From Myxococcota bacterium (GTDB taxonomy: Bacteria; Myxococcota_A; UBA9160; UBA6930): a stretch of 64,000 nt of DNA. The notes beneath the pieces are model-generated. The model searched no databases. It was not told the DNA's origin and saw only the letters and a program-made list of their open reading frames with translations. This document shows positions 36,305 to 46,184 of the stretch, one piece after another. Each line of letters starts with the position of its first letter. Positions within the stretch are counted from its first letter, which is position 1. Made by a program: the position numbers and the translations under genes. The DNA lies in the NCBI GenBank assembly GCA_965223415.1, contig OZ245002.1:5312001-5376000 (forward strand), written 5' to 3'.

Positions 36305-36863
36305 CGCTGCCCAAGACCAGCCTGGCGATGGTGCAGACCGCGCCGCGAACCCTCGAGCCCATGGACCTTCCGCTGCCCGAGATCGCCGACGACTCGGGCC
36401 TGGTGCGCATCGAGGCCTGCGGCATCTGCGGAAGCGACTACGAGCAGTACGAAGGCGTGCTGCGCACGCCGATGCCGGTGGTGCCCGGCCACGAGCCGCT
36501 GGGCGTGGTGGCGGCGATCGGCGATCGCGCGGCCCGGCGCTGGGGGGTGGACGTGGGCGACCGGATCGCAGTCGAGACCATGCTCTCGGTAGGAGCCCCA
36601 GAGCCCGGGATCGTCCGAAAGCGGGATGTAGGAGTAGATGCGGCGCGGTCGTGATGAAGGAAGTCGCGATCAAGGGCGCCATCGGCGTCACCAGCAGCGG
36701 TTACGCCAACGCGATCCGCCTGCTCGAGTCGCGCCGCTACGACGTGGAGCGTATGCACACCCACGACTTCGACCTGCGGGAGGCCGAGCTGGCCATCCGC
36801 ACCCTCGCCCGGGAGATCCCGGGCGACGAGTCCATCCACTCCTGCCTGATTCCCGAAGAGTGA
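36301..36863 (+). pseudogene. Zn-dependent alcohol dehydrogenase pseudogene (two deletions flanking an inverted internal fragment)
   Basis: N-part 36301-36588 (ACGICGSD, PGHE); 36589-36647 reads RRIYSYIPLSDDPGLWGSY on the minus strand; C-part 36648-36863 (VVMKEVAIKGA...THDFDL) is in another frame. The Cys cluster and Rossmann domain are missing. Confidence 0.85.
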
Positions 36864-36876
36864 GGAACCGAGATCC

Positions 36877-37722
36877 ATGGAAGAGATCCGTCGCTGGGTC
36901 GAAGAATCGCCTTACAGCCGATTCCTGGGCGTCCAGCTCGAGCACGTCGACGAGAAGAGCGCGCGCCTCGTCCTTCCCTACCAGGACGAGAACTCGAACC
37001 CGGGCAAAGCCCTGCATGGTGGCTGCGCCGCATCGATCGGCGCCATCGGAGGCCAGGCCGTCGCCCGCGCCGCCCTCGGCGCCGAATCCGGCCTCTGGCA
37101 CACGGCCCAGATGCAGGTGAGCTACCTGGCGGCGGCGATCGGCGAAGACGTGATCGCCGATGCGGAGCTCCTGCGTCGCGGAAAGGAGCTCTGCTTCGTC
37201 GCGATCGCCGTGCACACGGGCGACGGCAAGCCGATCGCGCGCATCAACACCACCGTGCGGGGCCGGATGGGCGCCGATCCCGTGGAGACCGTCAAGTCCG
37301 CAGGCGACCACGGCGAGGCCGATCCGGGCCCCATGGGCCCGCACATCGGCCGGGTGCCCTTCATCGGGCACCGGGGCATCGCCGTCGAGCACATGACGGG
37401 CGGCACCTCGCGATTGATCATGCCCGCCAGCGAGGCCAACGCCGACCTCGGCGGAGGCGTTCACGAGGGAGCCGTGCTGGCGCTCCTCGACACGACCGGC
37501 GCCATGGCCTCCTGGGCCGAGAGCGGCCCGGGGCCCTACAAGGCCTCGACCACCTCCATGCAGCTCCAGAACCTGGCACCGGCAGCGGACGGGGATCTGG
37601 TCGCCTACGGCCGCTGCGTGCAGCGCGACAACGAGATCTTCTGGTCCGACGTCGAGGTGGCGGACGCCGCCCGCGGCCGCCTCACGGCCCGCGGCACGGT
37701 GCTGTACCGGATCCTCACCTGA
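36877..37722 (+). CDS. Tandem PaaI/hotdog-fold thioesterase
   Basis: Two repeats: NPGKALHGGCAAS and ANADLGGGVHEGAVLALLD. Confidence 0.85.
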   Translation: MEEIRRWVEESPYSRFLGVQLEHVDEKSARLVLPYQDENSNPGKALHGGCAASIGAIGGQAVARAALGAESGLWHTAQMQVSYLAAAIGEDVIADAELLRRGKELCFVAIAVHTGDGKPIARINTTVRGRMGADPVETVKSAGDHGEADPGPMGPHIGRVPFIGHRGIAVEHMTGGTSRLIMPASEANADLGGGVHEGAVLALLDTTGAMASWAESGPGPYKASTTSMQLQNLAPAADGDLVAYGRCVQRDNEIFWSDVEVADAARGRLTARGTVLYRILT

Positions 37723-37747
37723 GCGCCCTCCCCCGCTGGAGCCCCCA

Positions 37748-38539
37748 ATGCCCCCGCCCCGGGAGACCCACGACCGCACCACCCAACGCATCGACGTCGG
37801 CGGGCACGAGCTGCGTGCCGTGGTCTCCGGCGAGGGCACCCTGGACCTCCTGTGCCTGCACGGCCTGGTCGACCGGGTCGAGATCTGGGATCGGGTCGCA
37901 GCGCCCCTCGCGGAGCGCGGCCGCCTCGTGCTCCTCGACCAGCGCGGGCACGGCGAGTCCGACGCGCCCCCTGGCCCCTACCGTCGCGAAGACCTGGCCT
38001 CGGACGTCTCGGCCGTGATCCGCGCGCTCGGCTCGCGGCCCACCGTGCTCATCGGGCACTCGATGGGCGGCATCGTCTCGATGGCCGCCGCTCTCGCCTT
38101 CCCGGAGCGGATCGCCGGGCTCGTGCTGATCGGAACCGCGAGCCAGTGCAACGAGAAGACCGCGGGCTGGTACGAGCGCATTGCCCAGGCGGGCGAAGCC
38201 GACGGGATCCCGGGGCTGAAGAGGGCGATCTACGGGGAAGAGAGCAAGAAGGAGATCCACGGCGACGCGCGGGGCATCGCCGAGGTCACGCGGACCCTGA
38301 AGAGCCTCTACGAGGACCCCCTCACGCCGAAGCTCCCGAAGATCGACTGCCCGGTGCTGCTGATCGTCGGCGACAAGGACCCGATGGGCGCCAAGGCGTC
38401 CTCGATCATCGCGTCCCAGTTCCCACGGGCGGAGCTCGTGACGGTTCCCGACTGCGGCCACTGGGTGCACCTGAGCGAGCCGGACTTCGTGATCGACGCC
38501 GTCGACCGATTCCTCCCCCGCCTGAAGGAGACGACATGA
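37748..38539 (+). CDS. Alpha/beta hydrolase (enol-lactone hydrolase-like)
   Basis: LHG, DQRGHGES, GHSMGG, GDKD and CGHW motifs. Confidence 0.88.
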   Translation: MPPPRETHDRTTQRIDVGGHELRAVVSGEGTLDLLCLHGLVDRVEIWDRVAAPLAERGRLVLLDQRGHGESDAPPGPYRREDLASDVSAVIRALGSRPTVLIGHSMGGIVSMAAALAFPERIAGLVLIGTASQCNEKTAGWYERIAQAGEADGIPGLKRAIYGEESKKEIHGDARGIAEVTRTLKSLYEDPLTPKLPKIDCPVLLIVGDKDPMGAKASSIIASQFPRAELVTVPDCGHWVHLSEPDFVIDAVDRFLPRLKETT

Positions 38540-39111
38540 GCGAGCCGAGAATCCCCCTGCTTCCTGTCGAGGAAGCCAAGAAGGCGGCCGCCGAGCAGGG
38601 CGTGCCGGAACAGATCGCCGAGCTCAACATCTTCCGGATCCTCCTGCGCCAGCCGAAGCTGGCCAGGAACGTCAACAACCTGCTGATGGGCCTGCTCTTC
38701 GGCGGCGATCTCGACGCACGGCTGCGGGAGCTCGTCATCATGCGCATCGGCTGGGCCACCGGCTCGGTCTACGAGTGGACCCAGCACTGGCGAATCGCAC
38801 TCCAGCTGGGCGTGGAGGAGGCCGACCTCATGGCCGTGCGCGACTGGAAGGCGCACAGCCATTGGTCCGATGCGGACCGCGCGATCCTCCAGGCGACGGA
38901 CGAGACCCTCGAAGCCGGCTGCGTCTCCGCCGCAACCTGGGCCGAGTGCGCGAAGCATCTGCCGAGCGAGACCGAGCAGCTGGAGCTGCTCGGCGCCATC
39001 GGCACCTGGCGGATGATCTCGCAGGTCCTGCGCAGCCTGGAGGTGCCCCTGGAGGAAGGGGTGGCTCCGTGGCCGCCGGACGGTGCGGAGGGAGGCCCTG
39101 GCCAGGGCTAG
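38536..39111 (+). CDS. Carboxymuconolactone decarboxylase / AhpD-like family protein
   Basis: From ATG 38536: LNIFRILLRQPKL and LDARLRELVIMRIG...YEWTQH. Confidence 0.8.
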   Translation: MSEPRIPLLPVEEAKKAAAEQGVPEQIAELNIFRILLRQPKLARNVNNLLMGLLFGGDLDARLRELVIMRIGWATGSVYEWTQHWRIALQLGVEEADLMAVRDWKAHSHWSDADRAILQATDETLEAGCVSAATWAECAKHLPSETEQLELLGAIGTWRMISQVLRSLEVPLEEGVAPWPPDGAEGGPGQG

Positions 39112-39164
39112 CATCCCGATCCGGGACGGTCTGCAGCCGACACGCTCGAAGGAAGGAGACACCG

Positions 39165-40196
39165 ATGGAATTCGATCTGATGACGGGTGGCCTCACCTGG
39201 AAGGAGAGCGCCGAGCTCGCCGTCGACCTCGAGTCGGTCGGCTTCTCCGGCATGCTCTTCACCGAGGCGGGCAACGTGCCCTGGATGATGATCCAGGCGG
39301 CGGCCATGGCGGCGCCGACGTTGACCTTCACCACCGGCATCGCGGTCGCGTTCCCGCGCAGCCCGATGATCTCGGCCCAGGTGGCCTGGGAGATGGCGCG
39401 CAACACCGAGGGGCGATTCCGTCTCGGGCTCGGCAGCCAGGTGCGCGGGCACGTCGAGCGCCGCTACGGGGCGGTCTTCGACAAGCCCGCACCGCACATG
39501 CGCGACTACGTCGGCGCCTTCAAGGCCTGCATCCGAGCGTTCCGTGGCGAGGAGAAGCTCGCCCACGAGGGCCCCTACTACTCGCTGAGCCTGCTGCCCC
39601 CCCAGTGGGCGCCGCCGCGCCACGATTTCGAGGACGTGAAGATCGACATCTCCGCGGTCGGGCCGCTCATGTGCCGCGTGGCGGGAGAGCTCTGCGACGG
39701 CGTCCACGTCCACCCGATGCACTCGCTTCCCTACTTGCAGAAGCGTCTGCTCCCGGCCGTGGCCGAAGGCGCGGCTCGGGCCGGTCGTGACCCGGCCGAG
39801 ATCGACCTGATCATTCCCGTCTTCGCGATCCCCGGCGACACACCGGAGGAGCGAGAGCGGGCCACCCAGGTCGCGCGGACCCAGATCGCCTTCTACGGCT
39901 CGACCCGGAACTACGCCTTCCAGTTCGACGATCTGGGCTTCGAAGGGACCACGGAGAAGCTCGGGCGGCTGATGAAGGCCGGCGACATCGCGGGCATGGG
40001 GAACGAGATCAGCGACGAGATGCTCCCGCACTTCACGGTCGCGGCGCGATGGGACGACATGGCCGACGCGTTGCGCGACCGCTACGCCGGGATGGCCACG
40101 CGGATCGTCTCCTACCTCGCCATGGACGACGTGAAGCGCAACCCGAAGAACCTGCCTCGGTGGGGAGAGATCTCGAGAGCCCTCCGCGGCGTCTGA
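39165..40196 (+). CDS. LLM-class probable F420-dependent oxidoreductase (TIGR03617-like)
   Basis: From ATG 39165: TTGIAVAFPRSPM, GRFRLGLGSQVRGHVERRYG, AGELCDGVHVHP and QIAFYGSTRNY. Confidence 0.85.
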   Translation: MEFDLMTGGLTWKESAELAVDLESVGFSGMLFTEAGNVPWMMIQAAAMAAPTLTFTTGIAVAFPRSPMISAQVAWEMARNTEGRFRLGLGSQVRGHVERRYGAVFDKPAPHMRDYVGAFKACIRAFRGEEKLAHEGPYYSLSLLPPQWAPPRHDFEDVKIDISAVGPLMCRVAGELCDGVHVHPMHSLPYLQKRLLPAVAEGAARAGRDPAEIDLIIPVFAIPGDTPEERERATQVARTQIAFYGSTRNYAFQFDDLGFEGTTEKLGRLMKAGDIAGMGNEISDEMLPHFTVAARWDDMADALRDRYAGMATRIVSYLAMDDVKRNPKNLPRWGEISRALRGV

Positions 40197-40277
40197 GGGA
40201 GGCGCCCGACCCGACGCCGGTAGCCGTGCAGGAGCGCCCGCGCCGCTATCCTGGCGCCATCACGAACGGGAGAGACC

Positions 40278-40712
40278 ATGAACCTCCGGATGACGCGAGC
40301 CGAGCGCGAAGCGTTCCTGGGTGACGTGCACGTGGGCGTGATCTCGATCGCCGAGCCCGGCCGCGGCCCCCTCTCCGCGCCCATCTGGTACGACTACCGC
40401 CCCGATCGGGGCCTGTGGATCGTCACCGAGCCGGGCTCTCGCAAGGGCAAGGCGCTGGAGGCCGCCGGCCGCTTCAGCCTGGTCGCCCAGAGCGAGGACA
40501 TGCCCTACCGCTACGTGAGCGTCGAGGGTCCGATCGTCGAAGCGCGTCCCGCCGATCGTGAGGCCGAGACGCGACCGATGGCGCACCGCTACTTCGGTAC
40601 CGAGATGGGCAACGCCTACGTCGACTCCCAGCCCGGCCACGAGAACTTCCTCTACGTGATGCAGCCGGAGCGCTGGCTGACGGTGGACTACGGCAAGCTC
40701 ACCGGGGACTAG
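40278..40712 (+). CDS. Pyridoxamine 5'-phosphate oxidase-like split-barrel flavin/deazaflavin-binding protein
   Basis: MTRAEREAFL..VHVGVISI...PIWYDY...SRKG...PYRYVSVEG...PERWLTVDY. Confidence 0.85.
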   Translation: MNLRMTRAEREAFLGDVHVGVISIAEPGRGPLSAPIWYDYRPDRGLWIVTEPGSRKGKALEAAGRFSLVAQSEDMPYRYVSVEGPIVEARPADREAETRPMAHRYFGTEMGNAYVDSQPGHENFLYVMQPERWLTVDYGKLTGD

Positions 40713-40757
40713 GCGCCCACGGGACCCTGACGACCCGGCCTTCCGGGCGCCCGACGC

Positions 40758-41348
40758 CTAGCGCGAAGACGCCGTGAGCGGGCCCTGGAAGCTGTCGCCG
40801 TTGGCGAAGAAGAAGACGGTCGTCGGCGTGGGGAGCGGGACCACCCAGTCCGCGGCCAGCTTCACGCCCTCGAGCTTCCAACCGTCGGGCACGGCCAGCG
40901 AGGCCTTGCCTTGCCCGCCCTCGATCACGTGGACGAAGCGCTCCCCGTCCGGGAGCCGCAGCACCGGCACCTCGCGCCCGGCCCGGTAGCGGACGACGTG
41001 GTGCTTCTGGACCTGCAGCTGACGGGGACCGTCGGGGCCGGTGGGATGGGTCGCTCCGCTCGCGGGGCGTGCGCACAGGCCGAAACGGCGCCCGCCGATC
41101 TCCCGCAGCGCCATGTGCCCGTCCTCGTCCCGGCCCGGCGAACGGGTGAACCAGTGCTCGTCCATGGCGGCGCGACCGATGCCGACGCGCAGCCAGCCCG
41201 GTTCGAGGGGCAGCGCCGCGTAGTCCTCCGGAGTGATCGCCTCGAGCGACTGCCAGACGTCCCCGGTGCGCGGATCGAGCACCTCACCGTGCGGCTCGTG
41301 GACGTCGGTGAGGGGCGTGGCCCGGGCGGGCCGAATGGACGCGGGCAT
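40758..41348 (-). CDS. Hypothetical protein (196 aa)
   Basis: C-terminal part of ORF 40758..42533 from MPASIRP; GGAGG RBS; coding-like codon usage; fills the gap between genes. Confidence 0.7.
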   Translation of the reverse strand: MPASIRPARATPLTDVHEPHGEVLDPRTGDVWQSLEAITPEDYAALPLEPGWLRVGIGRAAMDEHWFTRSPGRDEDGHMALREIGGRRFGLCARPASGATHPTGPDGPRQLQVQKHHVVRYRAGREVPVLRLPDGERFVHVIEGGQGKASLAVPDGWKLEGVKLAADWVVPLPTPTTVFFFANGDSFQGPLTASSR

Positions 41349-41406
41349 CGCGCCTCCGTTCCTGCGGTCGGCACTCCAGCCTCGCGGCTGACGGGCGGCC
41401 ATTTTT

Positions 41407-41421
41407 GGCATAGTATATGCC
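41407..41421. promoter_or_regulatory. Palindrome overlapping divergent -10-like hexamers
   Basis: GGCATA-gta-TATGCC in an AT-rich patch; TAGTAT on plus and TATACT on minus. Confidence 0.4.
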
Positions 41422-41465
41422 GATACCAGCGCCCTCGCCAGGGGCCTGCACCGAAGGAGCCCCCC

Positions 41466-42560
41466 ATGACCCACGCCGCCGGACTCGATTTCCTCGTCGA
41501 CAAGAGCGACTGGAAGCGGCACCGCTTCGACGAGGCGGAGATCCCGGAGCTCGTTGACGGCCAGGTGCTCTTCCGCGTGGACCGCTTCGCCTTCACGGCC
41601 AACAACATCTCCTACGCGCTCGCAGGCGACATGCTCGGCTACTGGCGCTTCTTCCCCGCACCGGACGGCTGGGGACGGCTCCCCACCATGGGCTTCGCCG
41701 ACGTGATCGCGACCCAGCACGCGGACGTCGCGGTGGGCACCCGCTGCTTCGGCTTCTATCCCATGTCGCGCTACCTGGTGATCCAGCCAGGCGCGGTGGG
41801 CAGGGCCGGCATCATGGACGCCGCGCCCCATCGCGAGGGCCTGGCCCCCGCCTACAACCAGTACAACCCGACCGGGGGAGACGCGCTCTACCGTCCCGAG
41901 GACGAGGATGCGCTGATGCTGATGCGCGGGCTCTTCCTCACCTCCTTCCTCGCCCATGACTTCATCGCCGACAAGGGCTTCGGCGAGGAAGCGGTGCTGA
42001 TCTCGAGCGCCTCGAGCAAGACGTCCATCGCCCTCGGGCACCAGGTCTCGGCGGAGGGCCGCGCCCGGGCCGTCGGCCTGACGTCGCCCCGCAACCTCGA
42101 GTTCGTGCGCAAGCTCGGCTGCTACGACGAAGTGGTCACCTACGACGACGTCGCGACGATCGACGCCGCCAGGCCGACGGTCTACGTCGACATGGCCGGC
42201 AGCGACAGCCTCCGGCGGGCGGTACACGCGCACTTCGGCGATCGTCTGGCCCACTCCTGCACGATCGGCGCGACCCATTGGGAGGAGCGCGGCGAGACCG
42301 ACCTGCGGCTGCCCGGGCCGAAGCCGGAGTTCTTCTTCGCGCCGGGCCAGATCCAGAAGCGTTCCGCCGAGTGGGGCCCGGACGAGCTGCAGCGGCGGCT
42401 CGCCGAAGCCTGGGCCGGCTTCCTCGGCTTCAGCGGGGGCTGGCTGCAGGTGCAGCGCGGCCAGGGTCGCGAGGCCGTCGAGCGCGTCTACGAGGACACC
42501 CTGGCCGGCCGCACCGAGCCCCGACACGGCCACGTGCTCTCGCTCTGGGACGAAGCCTGA
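41466..42560 (+). CDS. DUF2855 family protein
   Basis: From ATG 41466: FAFTANNISYA, YWRFFPAP..WGRLPTMGFA, LFLTSFL, SSASSKT, GLTSPRN, IGATHW and FFFAP. Confidence 0.85.
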   Translation: MTHAAGLDFLVDKSDWKRHRFDEAEIPELVDGQVLFRVDRFAFTANNISYALAGDMLGYWRFFPAPDGWGRLPTMGFADVIATQHADVAVGTRCFGFYPMSRYLVIQPGAVGRAGIMDAAPHREGLAPAYNQYNPTGGDALYRPEDEDALMLMRGLFLTSFLAHDFIADKGFGEEAVLISSASSKTSIALGHQVSAEGRARAVGLTSPRNLEFVRKLGCYDEVVTYDDVATIDAARPTVYVDMAGSDSLRRAVHAHFGDRLAHSCTIGATHWEERGETDLRLPGPKPEFFFAPGQIQKRSAEWGPDELQRRLAEAWAGFLGFSGGWLQVQRGQGREAVERVYEDTLAGRTEPRHGHVLSLWDEA

Positions 42561-42572
42561 CGGGGCCTGCGA

Positions 42573-43223
42573 TCAGCCCGGACCGCAGGCATCCTCGCAG
42601 CGCTCGCCGCGCATGCCCTCCATCCCTTCCTTGACCAGCCACGGCACCATGACCAGGGCGGCGACCGGATCCGCCCACCACCAGCCGGCCGCTGCGTTCG
42701 CCGCCAGACCCAGCAGCAGGGCCAGGGAGAGGTAGGAGCAGGCGAGCGTCTCCTTGGCTTCTGCGCGGAGGGCCGCGCTGCCGATCTCCCGGGCGGCGTG
42801 GAGCTTCCCCCAGGACACGAGGGGCATGACCACCAGCGAGACGGCGGCGAGGACGATGCCCACCAGGCTCTCGTGCGGCGCGTCCCGCGCCCAGAGCGTG
42901 AAGCCGGCCTGCCCCGTCACGTAGAGCGCGAGCACCAGGAAGGTCACCCCGACGAATCGATGCACCCGGCGCTCGGCCCGCTCGAGCTGCGGGCCGTCCA
43001 CGCCCCGGGTCTCGAGGGACAGGCGCCAGAGCAGGACCGACGCCGCCGCGACCTCGATGCCGCTGTCGAGGCCGAAGCCGACCAGCGCGATGCTCTCGGC
43101 CGCGGCCCCCGAGGCCAGGGCGATCACTGCCTCGACGACGTTGAAGGCGAGGGTCGCCCCCACCAGCCACAGGCCGATACGGGCCCAGTCGCGGCCGCCC
43201 TGCCGAAGCGCCTGCTCGCTCAC
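42573..43223 (-). CDS. Cation efflux (CDF-like) membrane protein, transmembrane domain only
   Basis: NVVEAVIAL..G...SIALVGFGLDS.IE, SAALRAEAKET..C and WWADPVAAL; about 6 TM helices. Confidence 0.8.
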   Translation of the reverse strand: MSEQALRQGGRDWARIGLWLVGATLAFNVVEAVIALASGAAAESIALVGFGLDSGIEVAAASVLLWRLSLETRGVDGPQLERAERRVHRFVGVTFLVLALYVTGQAGFTLWARDAPHESLVGIVLAAVSLVVMPLVSWGKLHAAREIGSAALRAEAKETLACSYLSLALLLGLAANAAAGWWWADPVAALVMVPWLVKEGMEGMRGERCEDACGPG

Positions 43224-43275
43224 ACGATCGCCCCCTTGGTACCCCCGGTCGCGGCCGGAGATCGGGTCGGGCCGG

Positions 43276-44898
43276 TCACGTCATCGCGAAGCCGCGGTAG
43301 CCGTCCGCCACGATCTCGTCGCAGGTCTTCCGGTACTCGCCGACGCCGCCCACGTAGGGCATGAAGATGCGCGGCTTGCCCGGGATGTTCGCGCCCAGGT
43401 ACCAGGATTGGCAGCTGGGCGCCGTCAGCATCGTCCCTTCGGCGGTTTCGTTGACATGGGCGACCCAGGCCTCCTGCGCTTCGGCCTCCGGCTCGACTCT
43501 CGAGAGCCCGTTGGCGTCCAGGTGGGCGATACACTCCGCGATCCAGTCCACGTGCTGCTCGATCGACACGATCATGTTGCTGAGCACCGAGGGACTCCCG
43601 GGGCCGGTAACGGTGAACAGGTTCGGGAACCCGTGCACCTGGAGCCCGAGGTAGCTGCGGGGGCCGGCTTCCCATTCCTCCCGCAAGCTCGCGCCCCGGC
43701 TTCCGCGGATGTCGATGCGGAGGATCGTGCCGGTCATCGCGTCGAAGCCCGTGGCGTAGATCAGCGCGTCGATTTCGTACGTCCCCTGGGCCGTCTCGAG
43801 CCCGTTCGGGAGGATCCTCTCGATGCCACCCTTGCGAAGGTCGACCAGCGTGACGTCGTCGCGGTTGAAGGTGTCCAGGTAGCCCGTGTCGATGACGGGG
43901 CGCTTGCAGCCCAGCGGGTACCCGCGCGGAGAGAGCCCTTCTGCGGTCTCCGGGTCCTTCACCCGCCGACGCACGAGCTCCCGATACATCTCGCAGGCCA
44001 TCTCGTTGGCCTCTGCATCGGTCGCCACGTCGAGGTAGCGCCTGAGCGCCGCGAAGCCCTCGCTGGCCATGACCGCCTGCCGCTCCTCCTCGCTCGTCTC
44101 GAGGAGGTTCTCGGTGGGCGCGATGAAGGCGGCCCCTCCGCCGAATCCGAAGACGAAGCCGCCCTGGGATTCCCGCTCGGCCCGGCGGATGATCTCGTAG
44201 CTCCGCCTTGCCCGCTGCAGGTCCTCGCGGGGCAGCGGGCGGTTTCCCGCCGGCAGGGTGTAGTTCGGCGTTCGCTGGAAGACCGTGAGGTGCTCCGCCT
44301 CCTCGGCGATGACGGGAATCGCCTGGACGCCGGAGGATCCGGTCCCGATGATGCCCACCCGAACGCCACGGAAGTCCACACCCTCGCACGGCCACTCCCC
44401 CGTGTGGTAGACGCGTCCGGCGAAATCCTCCGCGCCCTCGATCGGCGGCGTGTTCGGGGTCGACAGGCAGCCGGTGGCCAGGACGAAGAAGCGGGCTTCG
44501 AGATGCCGGCCGTCTTCCGTCTCGATCCGCCAGCCCCGGCCGGCATCGTCGTAGTGCGCCGCCGAGACCCGCGTCTCGAAGTCGATGTCCCTCCTCAGGT
44601 CGAAGCGATCGGCCACGTGGTGGGCGTAGCGCAGGATCTCGGGCTGGGCGGCCATGATCTCCGTCCACTCCCACTGCTGTTCGAGCTCCTTGGAGAAGCT
44701 GTAGGAGTACTCGACGCTCGGAACGTCGCAGCGGCATCCCGGGTACCGGTTCCAATGCCAGGTGCCGCCCACGTCGGCCCCGGCTTCCAGCGCCCGAACG
44801 CGAAGGCCCTGCTCGCGCAGCTTGTGGAGGGCGTACATGCCGCCGAAGCCGGCTCCCACGACGACCACGTCGAACACGGCCGGTACTCCCGCGGTCAC
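43276..44898 (-). CDS. Type I Baeyer-Villiger monooxygenase (cyclohexanone/steroid monooxygenase-like)
   Basis: From GTG 44898: GAGFGG, GGTWHWNRYPGCRCD, fingerprint FAGRVYHTGEWP, GTGSSG, ATGFDAMTG and SWYLGANIPGKP. Confidence 0.93.
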   Translation of the reverse strand: MTAGVPAVFDVVVVGAGFGGMYALHKLREQGLRVRALEAGADVGGTWHWNRYPGCRCDVPSVEYSYSFSKELEQQWEWTEIMAAQPEILRYAHHVADRFDLRRDIDFETRVSAAHYDDAGRGWRIETEDGRHLEARFFVLATGCLSTPNTPPIEGAEDFAGRVYHTGEWPCEGVDFRGVRVGIIGTGSSGVQAIPVIAEEAEHLTVFQRTPNYTLPAGNRPLPREDLQRARRSYEIIRRAERESQGGFVFGFGGGAAFIAPTENLLETSEEERQAVMASEGFAALRRYLDVATDAEANEMACEMYRELVRRRVKDPETAEGLSPRGYPLGCKRPVIDTGYLDTFNRDDVTLVDLRKGGIERILPNGLETAQGTYEIDALIYATGFDAMTGTILRIDIRGSRGASLREEWEAGPRSYLGLQVHGFPNLFTVTGPGSPSVLSNMIVSIEQHVDWIAECIAHLDANGLSRVEPEAEAQEAWVAHVNETAEGTMLTAPSCQSWYLGANIPGKPRIFMPYVGGVGEYRKTCDEIVADGYRGFAMT

Positions 44899-46163
44899 GC
44901 GGCCCTCCTCGCGATCCTCGCGGCCGAGGCGGCGGCGTCCTCGTGATGGAGATACCGCTCCGGAATCGGGAGCTTGAAGATCTCCGCGGCGTTCAGTCCC
45001 AGGATCCGGGCCCGCTCGGCGTCGCTCAGCTGGCCCATCGTGCGCTCGATGGCCGGGGCGGAGTGAGGCCAGGTGCCTTCGTGATGCGGGTAGTCGTTGG
45101 CCCAGAGGAAGCTGTCGACCAGCCGGTGCTCCCGTGCGAGATCGAGGCCGACCTTGTCCTCCTGGAAGGAGGCGAAGCCCTGCCTCCGGAAGTACTCGCT
45201 GGGGAGCATCTCGAGCTTGGGCCGCACGAACATGTGGTGCTTGAGGTAGGCTTCGTCCATCGCCTGCAGCGCCCAGGCCACCCAGCCGATGCCCGCCTCG
45301 ATGGTCCCGAAGCGCAGCTTCGGGAACTGCTCCGCGACCCCGGAAGCGCAGATGTTCACGATGGGCTCCATGGTAGGCGCCAGGGAATGCACCGCGTAGT
45401 TGATGACGGCACCACCCCGACTGCGGGAGGTCCGCGGGTCGCGGCCGGTGGACACGTGGAAGGTCACCGGTAGATCGACCTCGCAGATCGCGGCCCACAG
45501 CGCATCGAACTCCTTCAGGTTGTAGTTCGGGTCATTGTGGTCCGGCGGCCCCCACTGGGGCTTGCAGGGCAGTGCGAGGCCCTTGAAGCCGAGGCCGGCG
45601 CAGCGCTGGATCTCGGCGATCGCCACCTCGACGTCGCCGGGGGCGATGGCAGCCATCGGTGCGAGACGGTCGTTGTGCGCGGCGAAGGTCTCCCAGACCC
45701 AGTCGTTGTAGGCGCGGCACATGGCCGCCGAGAGCTCGCTGCTCCGGGTGGCCCAGATCGTCAGCCCCTTGTTCGGGAACAGGATCTCGGCGTCGACGCC
45801 GTCGGCGGCGAGATCCGCGATCCGCTCTTCCGGCTCCCGACCCGCGCGGTTGCGGAGACGGTCTTCGCCCTCGAATCGGATGTCCCGGACCTTCAGCACC
45901 TGGCGGAACCCGTCCACCTTCTGGGCCATCTGCCGCTTCTTCCCCGAAGCGCCGATGAACACGAGGCCGGGCAGGCGGTCGTGGTACTTCGGGTCGACCC
46001 GCGACTCGAGGAAGTCGTTGGGCTCCTGGACGTGACCGTCGGCCGAGACCAGGAAGAGTTTGTCTCCGGCGTCCGGGCGGACGGAGCGGGGCCAGTCCTC
46101 CCGGCCGGGGGTCTCGAGCCGCCACGCGTTGTGGACGTCGGGTGCGGAATCAGGAGTCGTCAC
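44895..46163 (-). CDS. Amidohydrolase family protein (Amidohydro_2)
   Basis: SADGHVQEP, AYNDW, LPVTFHV, IEAGIGW and WANDYPHHEGTWP. Confidence 0.9.
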   Translation of the reverse strand: MTTPDSAPDVHNAWRLETPGREDWPRSVRPDAGDKLFLVSADGHVQEPNDFLESRVDPKYHDRLPGLVFIGASGKKRQMAQKVDGFRQVLKVRDIRFEGEDRLRNRAGREPEERIADLAADGVDAEILFPNKGLTIWATRSSELSAAMCRAYNDWVWETFAAHNDRLAPMAAIAPGDVEVAIAEIQRCAGLGFKGLALPCKPQWGPPDHNDPNYNLKEFDALWAAICEVDLPVTFHVSTGRDPRTSRSRGGAVINYAVHSLAPTMEPIVNICASGVAEQFPKLRFGTIEAGIGWVAWALQAMDEAYLKHHMFVRPKLEMLPSEYFRRQGFASFQEDKVGLDLAREHRLVDSFLWANDYPHHEGTWPHSAPAIERTMGQLSDAERARILGLNAAEIFKLPIPERYLHHEDAAASAARIARRAA

Positions 46164-46184
46164 GAGGGCTCTCTCCAGCGGGGG

